Shown: positions 49,121 to 57,476 of the stretch, piece by piece
Position numbering within the stretch: the first letter of the stretch is position 1
Layout of the letters: every line of letters starts with the position of its first letter
DNA from: a virus
Virus record (IMG/VR): IMGVR_UViG_3300028841_000107
Reading direction: 5' to 3' (one strand)
Length of the DNA: 64,000 nucleotides
Notes under the pieces: model-generated
The model's database searches: none
The model's input: only the letters and a program-made list of their open reading frames with translations
What the model was told of the DNA's origin: nothing
Program-made: the position numbers and the translations under genes

Positions 49121-49333
49121 GTGGCAAAGACCGAAGCCCCGATCGTCGCCGCACCGCGACCCCCGACCCTGTTCTCGGAGGCCCAGCGGGTCGTGCTGCG
49201 GGAGTTCTCACGCCTGAAGCTCCACGGCGGCGCTATCCAGAGCAAGGGATGCCCGACGTGTGGCGAATCGGCGTGCCGGTGCAACCAGCAGGACCCCGTC
49301 GCGGCGGCGCTACAGGCCGCGGGCCTTCTCTAA
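49121..49333 (+). CDS. Hypothetical protein, 70 aa
   Basis: GAGGAGG 6 nt upstream of in-frame GTG 49121 within track ORF 49073..49333. Confidence 0.45.
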   Translation: MAKTEAPIVAAPRPPTLFSEAQRVVLREFSRLKLHGGAIQSKGCPTCGESACRCNQQDPVAAALQAAGLL

Positions 49334-49471
49334 GAGATCCGAGATCAGGCGCTCGATGTCGAGCCGCCAGAATGTGATGCTCAAGCGGCCGATCGAGACG
49401 TGGACGAAGTGCTCTGCCCGGACGATCTCCCATGCAGAGCGCGCGGCCCACGCCACGGAGAGCGATCTCAC
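49310..49471 (-). CDS. Hypothetical protein, 53 aa
   Basis: GTG 49471 in a GTGA overlap with the stop of 49468..50019; tail of track ORF 49310..49735. Confidence 0.35.
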   Translation of the reverse strand: MRSLSVAWAARSAWEIVRAEHFVHVSIGRLSITFWRLDIERLISDLLEKARGL

Positions 49472-50019
49472 CGCTGGCCGGCGAAGCCAGCGGTATGGGT
49501 GACACCTGTCGCCTGCGGTGGCGGCGTCTCTACGATCTCGGCATCCTGAACGTCGTCGGCCCCGTAGCCTGAGCCACCAGCACGCAGGGCGGCGGCAACG
49601 GCCCGAGCTGCGTCCGGGTACGGAACGAGGGCCGCGGCGATTGTCTTCCGGATCCGGTTCCATTCCGGGGACTCGGCCAAGTGGACGATGTGAACCTGCT
49701 GGCGGTCCTGCACCTCGCCGAGGATGCGCGCGCAAGTGTCGAGATTCTTAATGTTGACCATGGCGGCGTCGAGGGCCAGACGGAATCCCGTGTCCGGCTT
49801 CCTCTTGCAGACCTGGCAGGCGGGGCCCTCGTCCTCTCGCTTCCCGCGCTCCCGGCCCGCCTCCATGATCTCCTTGGTGAGGGCCAGGACGTCCTCGAGC
49901 TCGTCCAGAAGCCGGGCGCCACCGTGGGACATGCGATGATGGGCGAGTTCGCTCATCCGGCGGATCTGGTTCCCGTTAGGCTTCTTCATCGCGAGGTCTT
50001 TCATGCTTGATGTCGCCAC
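49468..50019 (-). CDS. Hypothetical protein, 183 aa
   Basis: AGAAGGGG before GTG 50019; helical, charged. No motif recognised. A small-terminase role is possible but unsupported. Confidence 0.55.
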   Translation of the reverse strand: MATSSMKDLAMKKPNGNQIRRMSELAHHRMSHGGARLLDELEDVLALTKEIMEAGRERGKREDEGPACQVCKRKPDTGFRLALDAAMVNIKNLDTCARILGEVQDRQQVHIVHLAESPEWNRIRKTIAAALVPYPDAARAVAAALRAGGSGYGADDVQDAEIVETPPPQATGVTHTAGFAGQR

Positions 50020-50031
50020 GGGGCCCCTTCT

Positions 50032-50559
50032 TTAGTCTAGTACGTGTTTCCACGTCTTCCGGTTGAGGACGTGAATTACAAGCTGCGGGCTGCACCCGAT
50101 GATCTTCGCCAGGGCGCCCGGAGGACCGCCGACCCGGCGGATATACCTTACCTTCTCCTCCGTCAACACTGCCGCGTAGTGTGCTTCCCCGCGAGGTCTC
50201 GCCTCTATTCTGGTTCGCGAACTATGGGTATCGCCGCGCCCCTGCCTCCCCTTCGCGACCATATCCGCGATGTTCTCGGCCTTCGTCCCAAGAAACAGGT
50301 GGAGCGGCGCGCAGCATTGACGGACGTCGCACTTGTGGCACACACAGAGGCGCCCAGGATCTCCCCAGAACAAGCGCCACGCAACCGTATGGGCTCCATA
50401 GCTCCGGCCCCACGCGTACATCTGCCCGTAACCGTTCGGGCCGTAGAGCCCAGCCTTCCAGATCCAGCACCCGTTCTCCATCTTCTCGATCTTCGACAGA
50501 AACCTGCCGAGAAGGACCGGGTCGGCGTCTGGTAGTGGGGTAGGATCGTCGGTAGCCAT
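50032..50559 (-). CDS. HNH homing endonuclease (HNH_3-like), 175 aa
   Basis: Reads NGCWIWKAGLYGPNGYGQMY...AHTVAWRLFWGDPGRLCVCHKCDVRQCCAPLHLFLGTKAEN...GEAHYAAVLTEEKVRYIRR. Paralog of 16383 and 53641. Confidence 0.9.
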   Translation of the reverse strand: MATDDPTPLPDADPVLLGRFLSKIEKMENGCWIWKAGLYGPNGYGQMYAWGRSYGAHTVAWRLFWGDPGRLCVCHKCDVRQCCAPLHLFLGTKAENIADMVAKGRQGRGDTHSSRTRIEARPRGEAHYAAVLTEEKVRYIRRVGGPPGALAKIIGCSPQLVIHVLNRKTWKHVLD

Positions 50560-50643
50560 GTGAGCCTCCTCGCCGGGTTCCGTGGTTAGGCCCGCTCGAA
50601 CGGTCGCACGTTCTTGCGGGCCGCCTTATTCTAAAGCGGTTTC

Positions 50644-50667
50644 GTCCCGCGGTACTGGGACGTTGAG
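50644..50667 (+). promoter_or_regulatory. Conserved late-region motif, copy A
   Basis: GTCCCGCGGTACTGGGACG (50644-50662) is identical to 61275-61293. ACTGGGACGTTGA is shared with 54361-54373. It ends 34 nt upstream of ATG 50701. Confidence 0.5.
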
Positions 50668-50700
50668 TCGCTGGCTACCATGCCCTCCCGGAGGGCATAC

Positions 50701-52728
50701 ATGCTCAAGAAGCTGGCCTGTCTCCTGGCCCTCATCGCTACCCCCATTTTCGCGCAGCAGACCCCCCAGGCGATCCCGCTGACCTCCGGGGCCTGCAAGC
50801 TGGACGGCACGGTGGGGTGCGGCGCCGGGGGTGGTGGGGGCTCGGGCACCGTGACGTCAGTCGGCGCATCCGGAGGGACGACCGGGTTCAGCTTCGGTGG
50901 CGGCCCCATCACGACGAGTGGCACGTTCACGCTGTCGGGCACGCTCGCGATCGCTAACGGCGGGACGAACCTGACGACATACACGCTCGGCGACATCCTC
51001 TATTCGTCTGCCGCGAACACGCTGGCGAGGCTGGCCGGGAACACGACCGCCACGAAGAAGTTCCTGATGCAGGTCGGGGATGGGACGGTCAGCGCGGCCC
51101 CGTCGTGGACGGCCACGGCGGCCGACTTCCCCACGCTGAACCAGAACACCACCGGGAACGCGGCCACGGCGACGCAGCTGGCTGCCGACCCCGGAAACTG
51201 CCTGAGCGGGAACGCTCCGCTCGGGGTCTCTGCGAACGGAGATGCCGAAGGATGCTTCGCCGTCGTGCAGCCAACAGACATCATGGTCGGCGACTCCGGG
51301 TCCGGCGGGACCGCCGGGCTCGTTCCGGCGCCGGCTGCCGGCGATGCCGCGAAGTGCCTTAGCGGGGCCGGGACGTACGTCGCCTGCTCTGGTGGTGGTG
51401 GCGGCGCCGACACGGCCCTGTCGAACATCGCCTCGGTGGTGATCCCCGTCGATCTGAACACGGCGGCCGGCGTCGCGGCCAACCTCAAGGCAACGGCGCC
51501 GGCTCAGATCACGACGGCGCAGGCCGGCATCGGCGCGAGCGTCAAGGCGAGTGACGCGGTCGCCGGGTCTTCCGTGGCCGGTGCCGCGGCTGGCGGGACT
51601 CTGACGCTCCAGGCTGGCGACGCCAAGAGGCTGACCTCTGGCAATGCCAGCGGCGGAGGCGTCAGCGTCAACACGGGTGCCGGGATCGGGACAGGAGCCC
51701 CAGGTGGCTTCGTGGTTTTCACGGGCGGGCCGACTGTCTCTAATCAGAAGGTCAGACTCTTGGCGCCGGCCACGAGTTCGCTCGTCGTGGATAGCGGTGC
51801 GCTGGCGGATGCCTACTACACCGGGGCTACATCGACAATCGTCGGTAGCTCTGGGTCCACGTCGGCGGCGCCGTCAGTGATTGCAGTTGGCTACGGGGCT
51901 AGCGTCCCGAGCACAGCAACCGGCGCGACGGTTATCGGAACTTCGGCAAACAACGGCACGGGGGCGTCCAACGAGACAGGCGGGTTGTCCAGTCTCGGGG
52001 GGTCAGCGAACGTCGTGATAATCGGGCGTTACGCCGCGACGACCGCGACGAGTGGACAGGACCGCGCGATTGCGATCGGGTACGCGGCCCGCGCCGACGC
52101 AGCTGACAAGGCTGTCATCGGCGGGATCACCGTCTCGGCACTCCAGATCGGGAGTACCAGTAACACCCCGAAGACGCGTGTGCTCGCCGCCGCTTCCTCC
52201 AGGGCAGGGACCGACAGCAACGTCGCCGGCTCGGGCCTCAACGTCGCAGGTGGTCTCGGCACCGGCACCGCGGGCGGCGGCTCGCTCAGGCTGCAAACCG
52301 CGCCAGCTGACTCTACCGGAACGACGGCCAACACGCTCGCCGACAGGCGCGTGTTTGCAGCCAAGCAGGTCACACTGACCGAGAGCACGGACACCCTCGT
52401 GCTTAACGTCGGGGTTGCCAGCGGCAGCGTTGCCGGCGGAGTCTTCAGCTACACGATTCGGGCGGACGACGGCACTGACTTCCAGGCGATTCGCGGGGAC
52501 GTTCCCTGGAGCGCCATCAACAAAGCCGGCACCGTAACAGTGACGCTCGGTACACCCGTCGAGGTGACGACCACCTCAACTGGCACTCTTACCAATACGA
52601 CTACGGCAGTCGTGAACGGGAACGCGATCGACTTCAAGCTGAACGCCGTCTCATCTCTGACACAGACGACACTCCACGCATACGTGTCGGCGGTGCAGGA
52701 CGGGACCGGCGTCTTCACCACGCAATAG
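50701..52728 (+). CDS. Tail-fibre-like protein with signal-peptide-like N-terminus, 675 aa
   Basis: GGAGGG before in-frame ATG 50701. N-terminus MLKKLACLLALIATPIFAQQ. Reads TVTSVG...GTFTLSGTLAIANGGTN, LNQNTTGNAATATQLA and long Gly/Ala/Thr/Ser beta-rich repeats typical of fibre proteins. Confidence 0.65.
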   Translation: MLKKLACLLALIATPIFAQQTPQAIPLTSGACKLDGTVGCGAGGGGGSGTVTSVGASGGTTGFSFGGGPITTSGTFTLSGTLAIANGGTNLTTYTLGDILYSSAANTLARLAGNTTATKKFLMQVGDGTVSAAPSWTATAADFPTLNQNTTGNAATATQLAADPGNCLSGNAPLGVSANGDAEGCFAVVQPTDIMVGDSGSGGTAGLVPAPAAGDAAKCLSGAGTYVACSGGGGGADTALSNIASVVIPVDLNTAAGVAANLKATAPAQITTAQAGIGASVKASDAVAGSSVAGAAAGGTLTLQAGDAKRLTSGNASGGGVSVNTGAGIGTGAPGGFVVFTGGPTVSNQKVRLLAPATSSLVVDSGALADAYYTGATSTIVGSSGSTSAAPSVIAVGYGASVPSTATGATVIGTSANNGTGASNETGGLSSLGGSANVVIIGRYAATTATSGQDRAIAIGYAARADAADKAVIGGITVSALQIGSTSNTPKTRVLAAASSRAGTDSNVAGSGLNVAGGLGTGTAGGGSLRLQTAPADSTGTTANTLADRRVFAAKQVTLTESTDTLVLNVGVASGSVAGGVFSYTIRADDGTDFQAIRGDVPWSAINKAGTVTVTLGTPVEVTTTSTGTLTNTTTAVVNGNAIDFKLNAVSSLTQTTLHAYVSAVQDGTGVFTTQ

Positions 52729-52736
52729 GAGTCGCC

Positions 52737-53126
52737 ATGAAGAAGCGCTTGCTCGTCCTTCTCCTTATCGTCCTCGCCGCCCCGGCCCTCGCGACCGACT
52801 ACACGGTGACCACGAACGCTTCTGGCGACGCGGTGCTCGAGAGAGCGCGCGTGCGCTCTAACGCCGCCGTCTGCCTGTCCGTCGGGCTGCCGACGTCCTG
52901 CTCGCGAGCACAGGCAATAGCCGTCGATCCGGTGCGGGGAGCCGACTACGCGAACACGCTCACGGTGTTCATCAACAAGCGGGTGAAGGACGTGATCGCT
53001 GCCGAGAAGGCAACGTCGGACGCAGAGGATGTCTCCTCGTTCGAGCAGGCGTGGGCTGCGGCCTCGCAGGCGACGCGTGGCTCGGCATGCGTCACCCTCG
53101 GGCTGCCGGCCGGGTGTAAGCCCTGA
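52737..53126 (+). CDS. Secreted small protein, 129 aa
   Basis: TAGGAG SD. Classic signal peptide MKKRLLVLLLIVLAAPALA-TD. Two CxxxGLPxxC loops (VCLSVGLPTSC, ACVTLGLPAGC). Confidence 0.6.
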   Translation: MKKRLLVLLLIVLAAPALATDYTVTTNASGDAVLERARVRSNAAVCLSVGLPTSCSRAQAIAVDPVRGADYANTLTVFINKRVKDVIAAEKATSDAEDVSSFEQAWAAASQATRGSACVTLGLPAGCKP

Positions 53127-53656
53127 TGTGGCGCCGTCTCGCCGTCGTCCTCTTCGCACTCGGGCTCCTTCGGGTGCTCTGGTCAGAGGGCCATGTCGAG
53201 GCTCAGTACCCATGGTCCACGAAGACGCCGACGCGGACGCCGCGCCCGCTCACGCCGACGCCTACCCGCCCCGTTGTCCCTACCATCGCAGCTACAACGC
53301 CGACCCCGGCCCCGTCCTCGTCTCCGACTCCTCCGCCGCCCGCTGGCGGTTCGAGCGTCACGCTCCAGCTCTCGACGATCCTGACCGGCGTCGAAGCATC
53401 CGGCTTCGAGCCGGTGCGGTACGAGGTACAGGTGCTCGGGCAGTGGTACGAGCTATCCCCCGCCGTCCCGGGGAAGTGCTGGAAGGCGGACGGCAAGTGC
53501 CTCGCGCTCGGGGCAACATCCTACGTTCGGATCACTGGGCGCGACGGGTCCCTCAAGCAAGGCCCCGTGCGTCTATCTCAACCACGCATCCTTCTCGCGC
53601 AGAACGTCGGCCCGCTCACACTCGTTTCTTTCGTTACGCCTCAGGTGATCCCGTGA
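53126..53656 (+). CDS. Signal/anchor plus Pro/Thr-linker protein, 176 aa
   Basis: ATG shares its A with the upstream TGA. N-terminus MWRRLAVVLFALGLLRVLW, then a TPTRTPRPLTPTPTRP...TPTPAPSSSPTPPPP linker and a beta-rich C-domain. Confidence 0.6.
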   Translation: MWRRLAVVLFALGLLRVLWSEGHVEAQYPWSTKTPTRTPRPLTPTPTRPVVPTIAATTPTPAPSSSPTPPPPAGGSSVTLQLSTILTGVEASGFEPVRYEVQVLGQWYELSPAVPGKCWKADGKCLALGATSYVRITGRDGSLKQGPVRLSQPRILLAQNVGPLTLVSFVTPQVIP

Positions 53657-54324
53657 GTGGGCCAATCAACGTGCGCCCAGCTCTTCCTGCGTCGGATACG
53701 GCTTATGGTTGTCTCGCTTACGTTGAAGCGAGCAGCCAGCGAATGTCCGCCCTCGTGCGACATTCGAATATACCGAATGTCATCGTCCACGAGCGTGGAC
53801 TTCTTGGCTACAACCCCGCGTGCTATGCGGTCTGGCCGAAGAGCGGTCCAGTGGGAAGCCCCTCTGGGGCGTCGTTCAGGATGGGTACGCGCCCCACTCC
53901 GGGCCCCACGAGGGACTCGCTCCGGGTGTGTTTTGGACCCGTGGCGGTCTCCACGTGGCATCCGCTCGATATGGACTCGTGCGCCATTTCGGTCTCCGGA
54001 TGCCTGCCTCCCCTTCGCGTCGCGGTCGGCCGCGTTATCGGCGTGTGTCCCGAGGAACAGATGCCCCATGCCGGGCCGGACGCACGGCGGGTTATCGCAG
54101 GCGTGCAGCACGCAGAGCCCTTCAGGTATTGGCCCAACGAACAGGGTCCATGCGACGCGGTTCGCACGTCCAGTTCGAGCAGAAATTGCTGCCACGCCGT
54201 AGCCGTCCTTGTCCCTAGCCCCAGTCCAGAGCCAGCATTCGCCGGACCTGTCCACCTTAGCGAGGAAGCGGGTTATGGCCTTCAAATCGGCGCCGTGGGC
54301 CGGGGTAAGATCGTCGTCAGCCAT
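53641..54324 (-). CDS. HNH homing endonuclease (HNH_3-like), 227 aa
   Basis: Reads [16 protein letters not shown]...[42 protein letters not shown], an expanded run of RG(D/A)RH-type motifs and a C-terminal HTH-like tail. The 3' end overlaps 53126..53656 by 16 nt. Confidence 0.9.
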   Translation of the reverse strand: [227 protein letters not shown]

Positions 54325-54350
54325 CAGGGGCCTCCCACACAGGTTCCGAG

Positions 54351-54373
54351 GTCAGGGCCGACTGGGACGTTGA
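54351..54373 (+). promoter_or_regulatory. Conserved late-region motif, copy B (degenerate 5' half)
   Basis: GTCAGGGCCGACTGGGACGTTGA matches 17 of 23 positions of copy A, including ACTGGGACGTTGA exactly. It ends 80 nt upstream of ATG 54454. Confidence 0.4.
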
Positions 54374-54453
54374 CCGCGTCTCGTCGGCTCGCTTTCCATT
54401 GTACGTCAACGATCACTCAACTTCCGCAACCGCAAGTCCAGTAGGAGGACCAC

Positions 54454-54915
54454 ATGGCGTCAGTCCCCCAGGAAGTCCAGAAGCTCTTCGAGACCTTCTA
54501 CGACGGCATGGCCGCTCTCGGTCTCACCGTCACCGCCTCGGCGAAGACGGACACCCCCACCAGCGCCGAGATCGCCTCGATGGGCATCCGCCCGGCCGGC
54601 GCGGACCCCGAGCAGGCGCTCGTGAACGTCCGGCTCGGCTGGAGCGCGCAGGCCGATCGCAGGCTCTTCCTCCCCGAGGAGGCCGCCGGCCGCGCCCGAT
54701 CGTGGCCGAAGGTGGCCGCGAAGTACCTCGCGATCGGCATCCCGGCCGACATGGCGGAGTACGGCTACCTCGCCGACCTCTCCGAGTTCCAGGCCGTCGA
54801 GTCGTTCAAGGATCTGAGCGGCTATCTCTCGAACTACGTGGGACTCGACCTCCACACCAAGCTGCTCTCGGACATCACCGAGACCGGCAAGGCGTCGGGC
54901 GGCGACAAGAGGTAG
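54454..54915 (+). CDS. Hypothetical late protein, 153 aa
   Basis: TAGGAGG SD; balanced globular composition. Confidence 0.65.
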   Translation: MASVPQEVQKLFETFYDGMAALGLTVTASAKTDTPTSAEIASMGIRPAGADPEQALVNVRLGWSAQADRRLFLPEEAAGRARSWPKVAAKYLAIGIPADMAEYGYLADLSEFQAVESFKDLSGYLSNYVGLDLHTKLLSDITETGKASGGDKR

Positions 54916-54917
54916 GC

Positions 54918-55289
54918 ATGAGCGAGGGAAAGGGGGAGGCTGCACTCGCACAGCCTTCCGACCCGCTGGCCGGTATCACCATCCACGCGCAGACCCCGAA
55001 GGCATGGCCGGCAACCTTCGTGGCTGGTCGCGCGCTCGAGTACGCCCGTGCCGGGTACTCGTACAAGGGAGACGCGGGCCCGAGCCTCGACCCCACGGAG
55101 ACGGCGCATCGGGACAAGCTCCGGGCCGAGTTCTGGGCCGCGCCAGAGCTTCAGGGGGTCCCGGGCGATATGCGGCTCTACGGGCTCCTCGCCCCCGGCC
55201 TCGAAACGGCCTTCTACCCGCCGTACACCGACATCGGGAAGTTCCGTGCCGTCACGCTGCAGGCGTGGCTCAACAAGGAGAAGAAGTAG
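54918..55289 (+). CDS. Hypothetical late protein, 123 aa
   Basis: In-frame ATG 54918 two nt after the upstream stop. Reads MSEGKGEAALAQPSDPLAGITIHAQTPKAW... Confidence 0.6.
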   Translation: MSEGKGEAALAQPSDPLAGITIHAQTPKAWPATFVAGRALEYARAGYSYKGDAGPSLDPTETAHRDKLRAEFWAAPELQGVPGDMRLYGLLAPGLETAFYPPYTDIGKFRAVTLQAWLNKEKK

Positions 55290-55291
55290 CC

Positions 55292-55708
55292 ATGAGCGCC
55301 CCCACCCAGGTCCGCCTCCTGAAGCCCGGTATCCGCAACGGACGAACCTGTACACCCTGGGTGGGGGCCATCCTCGTTCTGGCGCTCCTGTCCGCGGCGT
55401 GCGCCGGGACCTCGCCCGACCGGATCGCCTACAACACGATCGACGCGGCAGTAACCGCGGTTGATACGGCCCTCACGGCCTTCAACGACTTCTACAAAGA
55501 GGGCGTCAAGACCGACCGCGCGACGTGGGACGCCCGCAGGGAGAAAGCGAAGGATGCCTACCTGAAGTTCCAGGTGTCTGCTCGCTCTGCCACGAAGCTC
55601 GCACAGGAGGCAACAGATCCGACCCACCAGACGAGTGCCGTGAAGCTCGCGTCCGATGCCGCCGTCGAGGCGCTCTCGATCATCCAGGCGTTCACGGGAG
55701 GGAAGTGA
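55292..55708 (+). CDS. Putative lipoprotein (lysis or exclusion accessory), 138 aa
   Basis: ATG 55292 two nt after the upstream TAG. WVGAILVLALLSAAC-AGT is lipobox-like (non-canonical -3 Ser); helical remainder. Confidence 0.45.
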   Translation: MSAPTQVRLLKPGIRNGRTCTPWVGAILVLALLSAACAGTSPDRIAYNTIDAAVTAVDTALTAFNDFYKEGVKTDRATWDARREKAKDAYLKFQVSARSATKLAQEATDPTHQTSAVKLASDAAVEALSIIQAFTGGK

Positions 55709-55709
55709 C

Positions 55710-55883
55710 ATGGAACCGCTCACCTGGGTCACCGTCGCGCAGCTCGTCGCCCGGTACGGCGTACCGTTCGTCACGGGCCTGTTCCAGAAGATCGAGAACA
55801 AGGACCCGGTCACGGCCGCCGAGTGGGGGACCCTTTCGGCCAAGATCGAGACGCCGTTCGACACGCTGGTTCCGAAGGCGTGA
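55710..55883 (+). CDS. Hypothetical protein, 57 aa
   Basis: In-frame ATG 55710 in track ORF 55656..55883. Confidence 0.4.
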   Translation: MEPLTWVTVAQLVARYGVPFVTGLFQKIENKDPVTAAEWGTLSAKIETPFDTLVPKA

Positions 55884-56038
55884 TGCAGAAGCCCACCGTC
55901 GCCCTCACGACCGACCGCCGCGGGACCGTCTACCGCGAGCTCCTGAACGGCCAGATCGTCCGCAGCGGGCCCAAGAAGCGGTCCCGGAAGCGTGAGCGGC
56001 GCGACCGGGCCAAGGCCGAGAAGGAGTCCGCCACGTGA
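55883..56038 (+). CDS. Small basic protein, 51 aa
   Basis: ATG shares its A with the upstream TGA. Contains KKRSRKRERRDRAKAEKE. Confidence 0.4.
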   Translation: MQKPTVALTTDRRGTVYRELLNGQIVRSGPKKRSRKRERRDRAKAEKESAT

Positions 56039-56538
56039 GCGTCGAGCGGAACGCCGCCAACCGAGATGCGCGCTGGGCCGCACTCGTGATCGTGCTCACC
56101 ACCCTGGGGGTGCTATGTGGCCTTCTCGCCTTCAGCGCCATCGGGCAGCAGTCGGAGCCGAGCGCGACGCCGGTAGTCGCGCCGATGAACGATTCGGCAG
56201 AACTCCCCATCATCCGCTGGCTGGATCGGACGCTGCTGCCGCTCCTTCACTACCTGGGACAGCATCCAGTGATCCTTGCCCTGATGGGCGTGGCGCTTCT
56301 CTACCTCCTCTACGTCGTGATGGCGATGTCGGTCCTGATCGCGCTCCAGACCTACTACGACAACGACCGGAAGAAGTGCAGGTTCTGGGTCCTGGTCTTG
56401 TGGAATTTCTTCGAGGCCACCGCCGGCACACCCGGCGTGTTCCTGCGCCGCACGGCTCGCCACTACTGGCCGGTCTCCTTCAAGCCCTGGGAGCCGGACA
56501 CGGCCGAAGGGAAGACCCCCCCCGGGAGCCCAGGATGA
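56035..56538 (+). CDS. Multi-span membrane protein (holin candidate), 167 aa
   Basis: GTGA overlap. About three hydrophobic spans (WAALVIVLTTLGVLCGLLAF; VILALMGVALLYLLYVVMAMSVLIAL; FWVLVLWNFF). Upstream of the endolysin. Confidence 0.55.
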   Translation: MSVERNAANRDARWAALVIVLTTLGVLCGLLAFSAIGQQSEPSATPVVAPMNDSAELPIIRWLDRTLLPLLHYLGQHPVILALMGVALLYLLYVVMAMSVLIALQTYYDNDRKKCRFWVLVLWNFFEATAGTPGVFLRRTARHYWPVSFKPWEPDTAEGKTPPGSPG

Positions 56539-57011
56539 AGAATTTCGGTTTCCTTTGGGCCATTCTCGGGCCTGAAAAGGGACTTCCCAGTGGGGATGTC
56601 GCGCGAACGCGGCACCCGCTTGTGGAGGTCGCCGTGAAGAACATGATCGCGACGTTCGGGGAGCTGCTCGTCGGGCTGTCATTCATCGGGTTGTCCCGGG
56701 CAATCCCGATGATGGTGGAGCCCCGCCTCGGAGCCATCGTACGGCTTGACCCAGACACCAGGTGGAAGTTCACCTTCCTCGCCGGATGCGCCCTCGTACT
56801 GGGGGCGTTCCAGGTGATCTTCTTGGCGCTCGGCTTCAGCAGAGTACGGACGATCATGGCTATCGCCGGGGTGTTTCTCTCCGGCGCGCTGGTCTACGTG
56901 TTCTACACGGTCGCCTTCCACGGGATCGTGACCTGGGCGGCTGTCCTATTCCTCGGAAACGTGATCGCCGTCTACCTGGGCGAGACCCGCGAGCGGAACC
57001 GTGCGACGTGA
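56535..57011 (+). CDS. Multi-span membrane protein (holin/antiholin candidate), 158 aa
   Basis: ATGA overlap. About four hydrophobic spans. Confidence 0.55.
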   Translation: MKNFGFLWAILGPEKGLPSGDVARTRHPLVEVAVKNMIATFGELLVGLSFIGLSRAIPMMVEPRLGAIVRLDPDTRWKFTFLAGCALVLGAFQVIFLALGFSRVRTIMAIAGVFLSGALVYVFYTVAFHGIVTWAAVLFLGNVIAVYLGETRERNRAT

Positions 57012-57013
57012 GC

Positions 57014-57475
57014 ATGCCAGATTCGCAGCAGGCCGCCGAAGTGGCGAAGCAGGCCCAGGAACACCTGTCGTGGTGGCAAGTCCTGATGGGCGGCTCTGGT
57101 GGCCTTCTGGTCGGAAGGCTCGTCCTGTCATTCCTGCGGAGGCTGGGCTTCTCGGACTCCCTGGCTGGTGCCGAGGCTCGGATGAGGCAGGAGTTGATGG
57201 GGGAGCTGGAAGCGGCCCGGAAGCGGCTTGTGGAGAGGGAGACGGCTCACGCAGCGCGGATCGCGGAAATCGAGAAGGCCAGAGACGTCAAGATCGAGGA
57301 GCTGGAAGCGGAGCTCAGGTCGGAGCGGGAGATGACCGTGGAGCAGGCCCGTGCTATCGCTGGACTGGAAGCGCGTCTCCCCGCCCAGCGCTCCGAGCCG
57401 CCGCCCGAGCCCTTGGACTCGTCCCGTCCTACCTCGAAGACGTATCGCTCGCCGAATCCGAAGGGGGGACGTTGA
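57014..57475 (+). CDS. TM plus coiled-coil protein (i-spanin-like), 153 aa
   Basis: One N-proximal hydrophobic span (WWQVLMGGSGGLLVGRLVLSFL), then a Glu/Arg/Ala coiled coil and a Pro-rich end. Immediately upstream of the endolysin. Confidence 0.5.
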   Translation: MPDSQQAAEVAKQAQEHLSWWQVLMGGSGGLLVGRLVLSFLRRLGFSDSLAGAEARMRQELMGELEAARKRLVERETAHAARIAEIEKARDVKIEELEAELRSEREMTVEQARAIAGLEARLPAQRSEPPPEPLDSSRPTSKTYRSPNPKGGR

Positions 57476-57476
57476 G

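Noticed and set aside
49468-50019. Calling the 183-aa helical protein the small terminase subunit
   Set aside because: No recognisable TerS motif is present, and the gene is not adjacent to terL. The idea rests only on size and composition.
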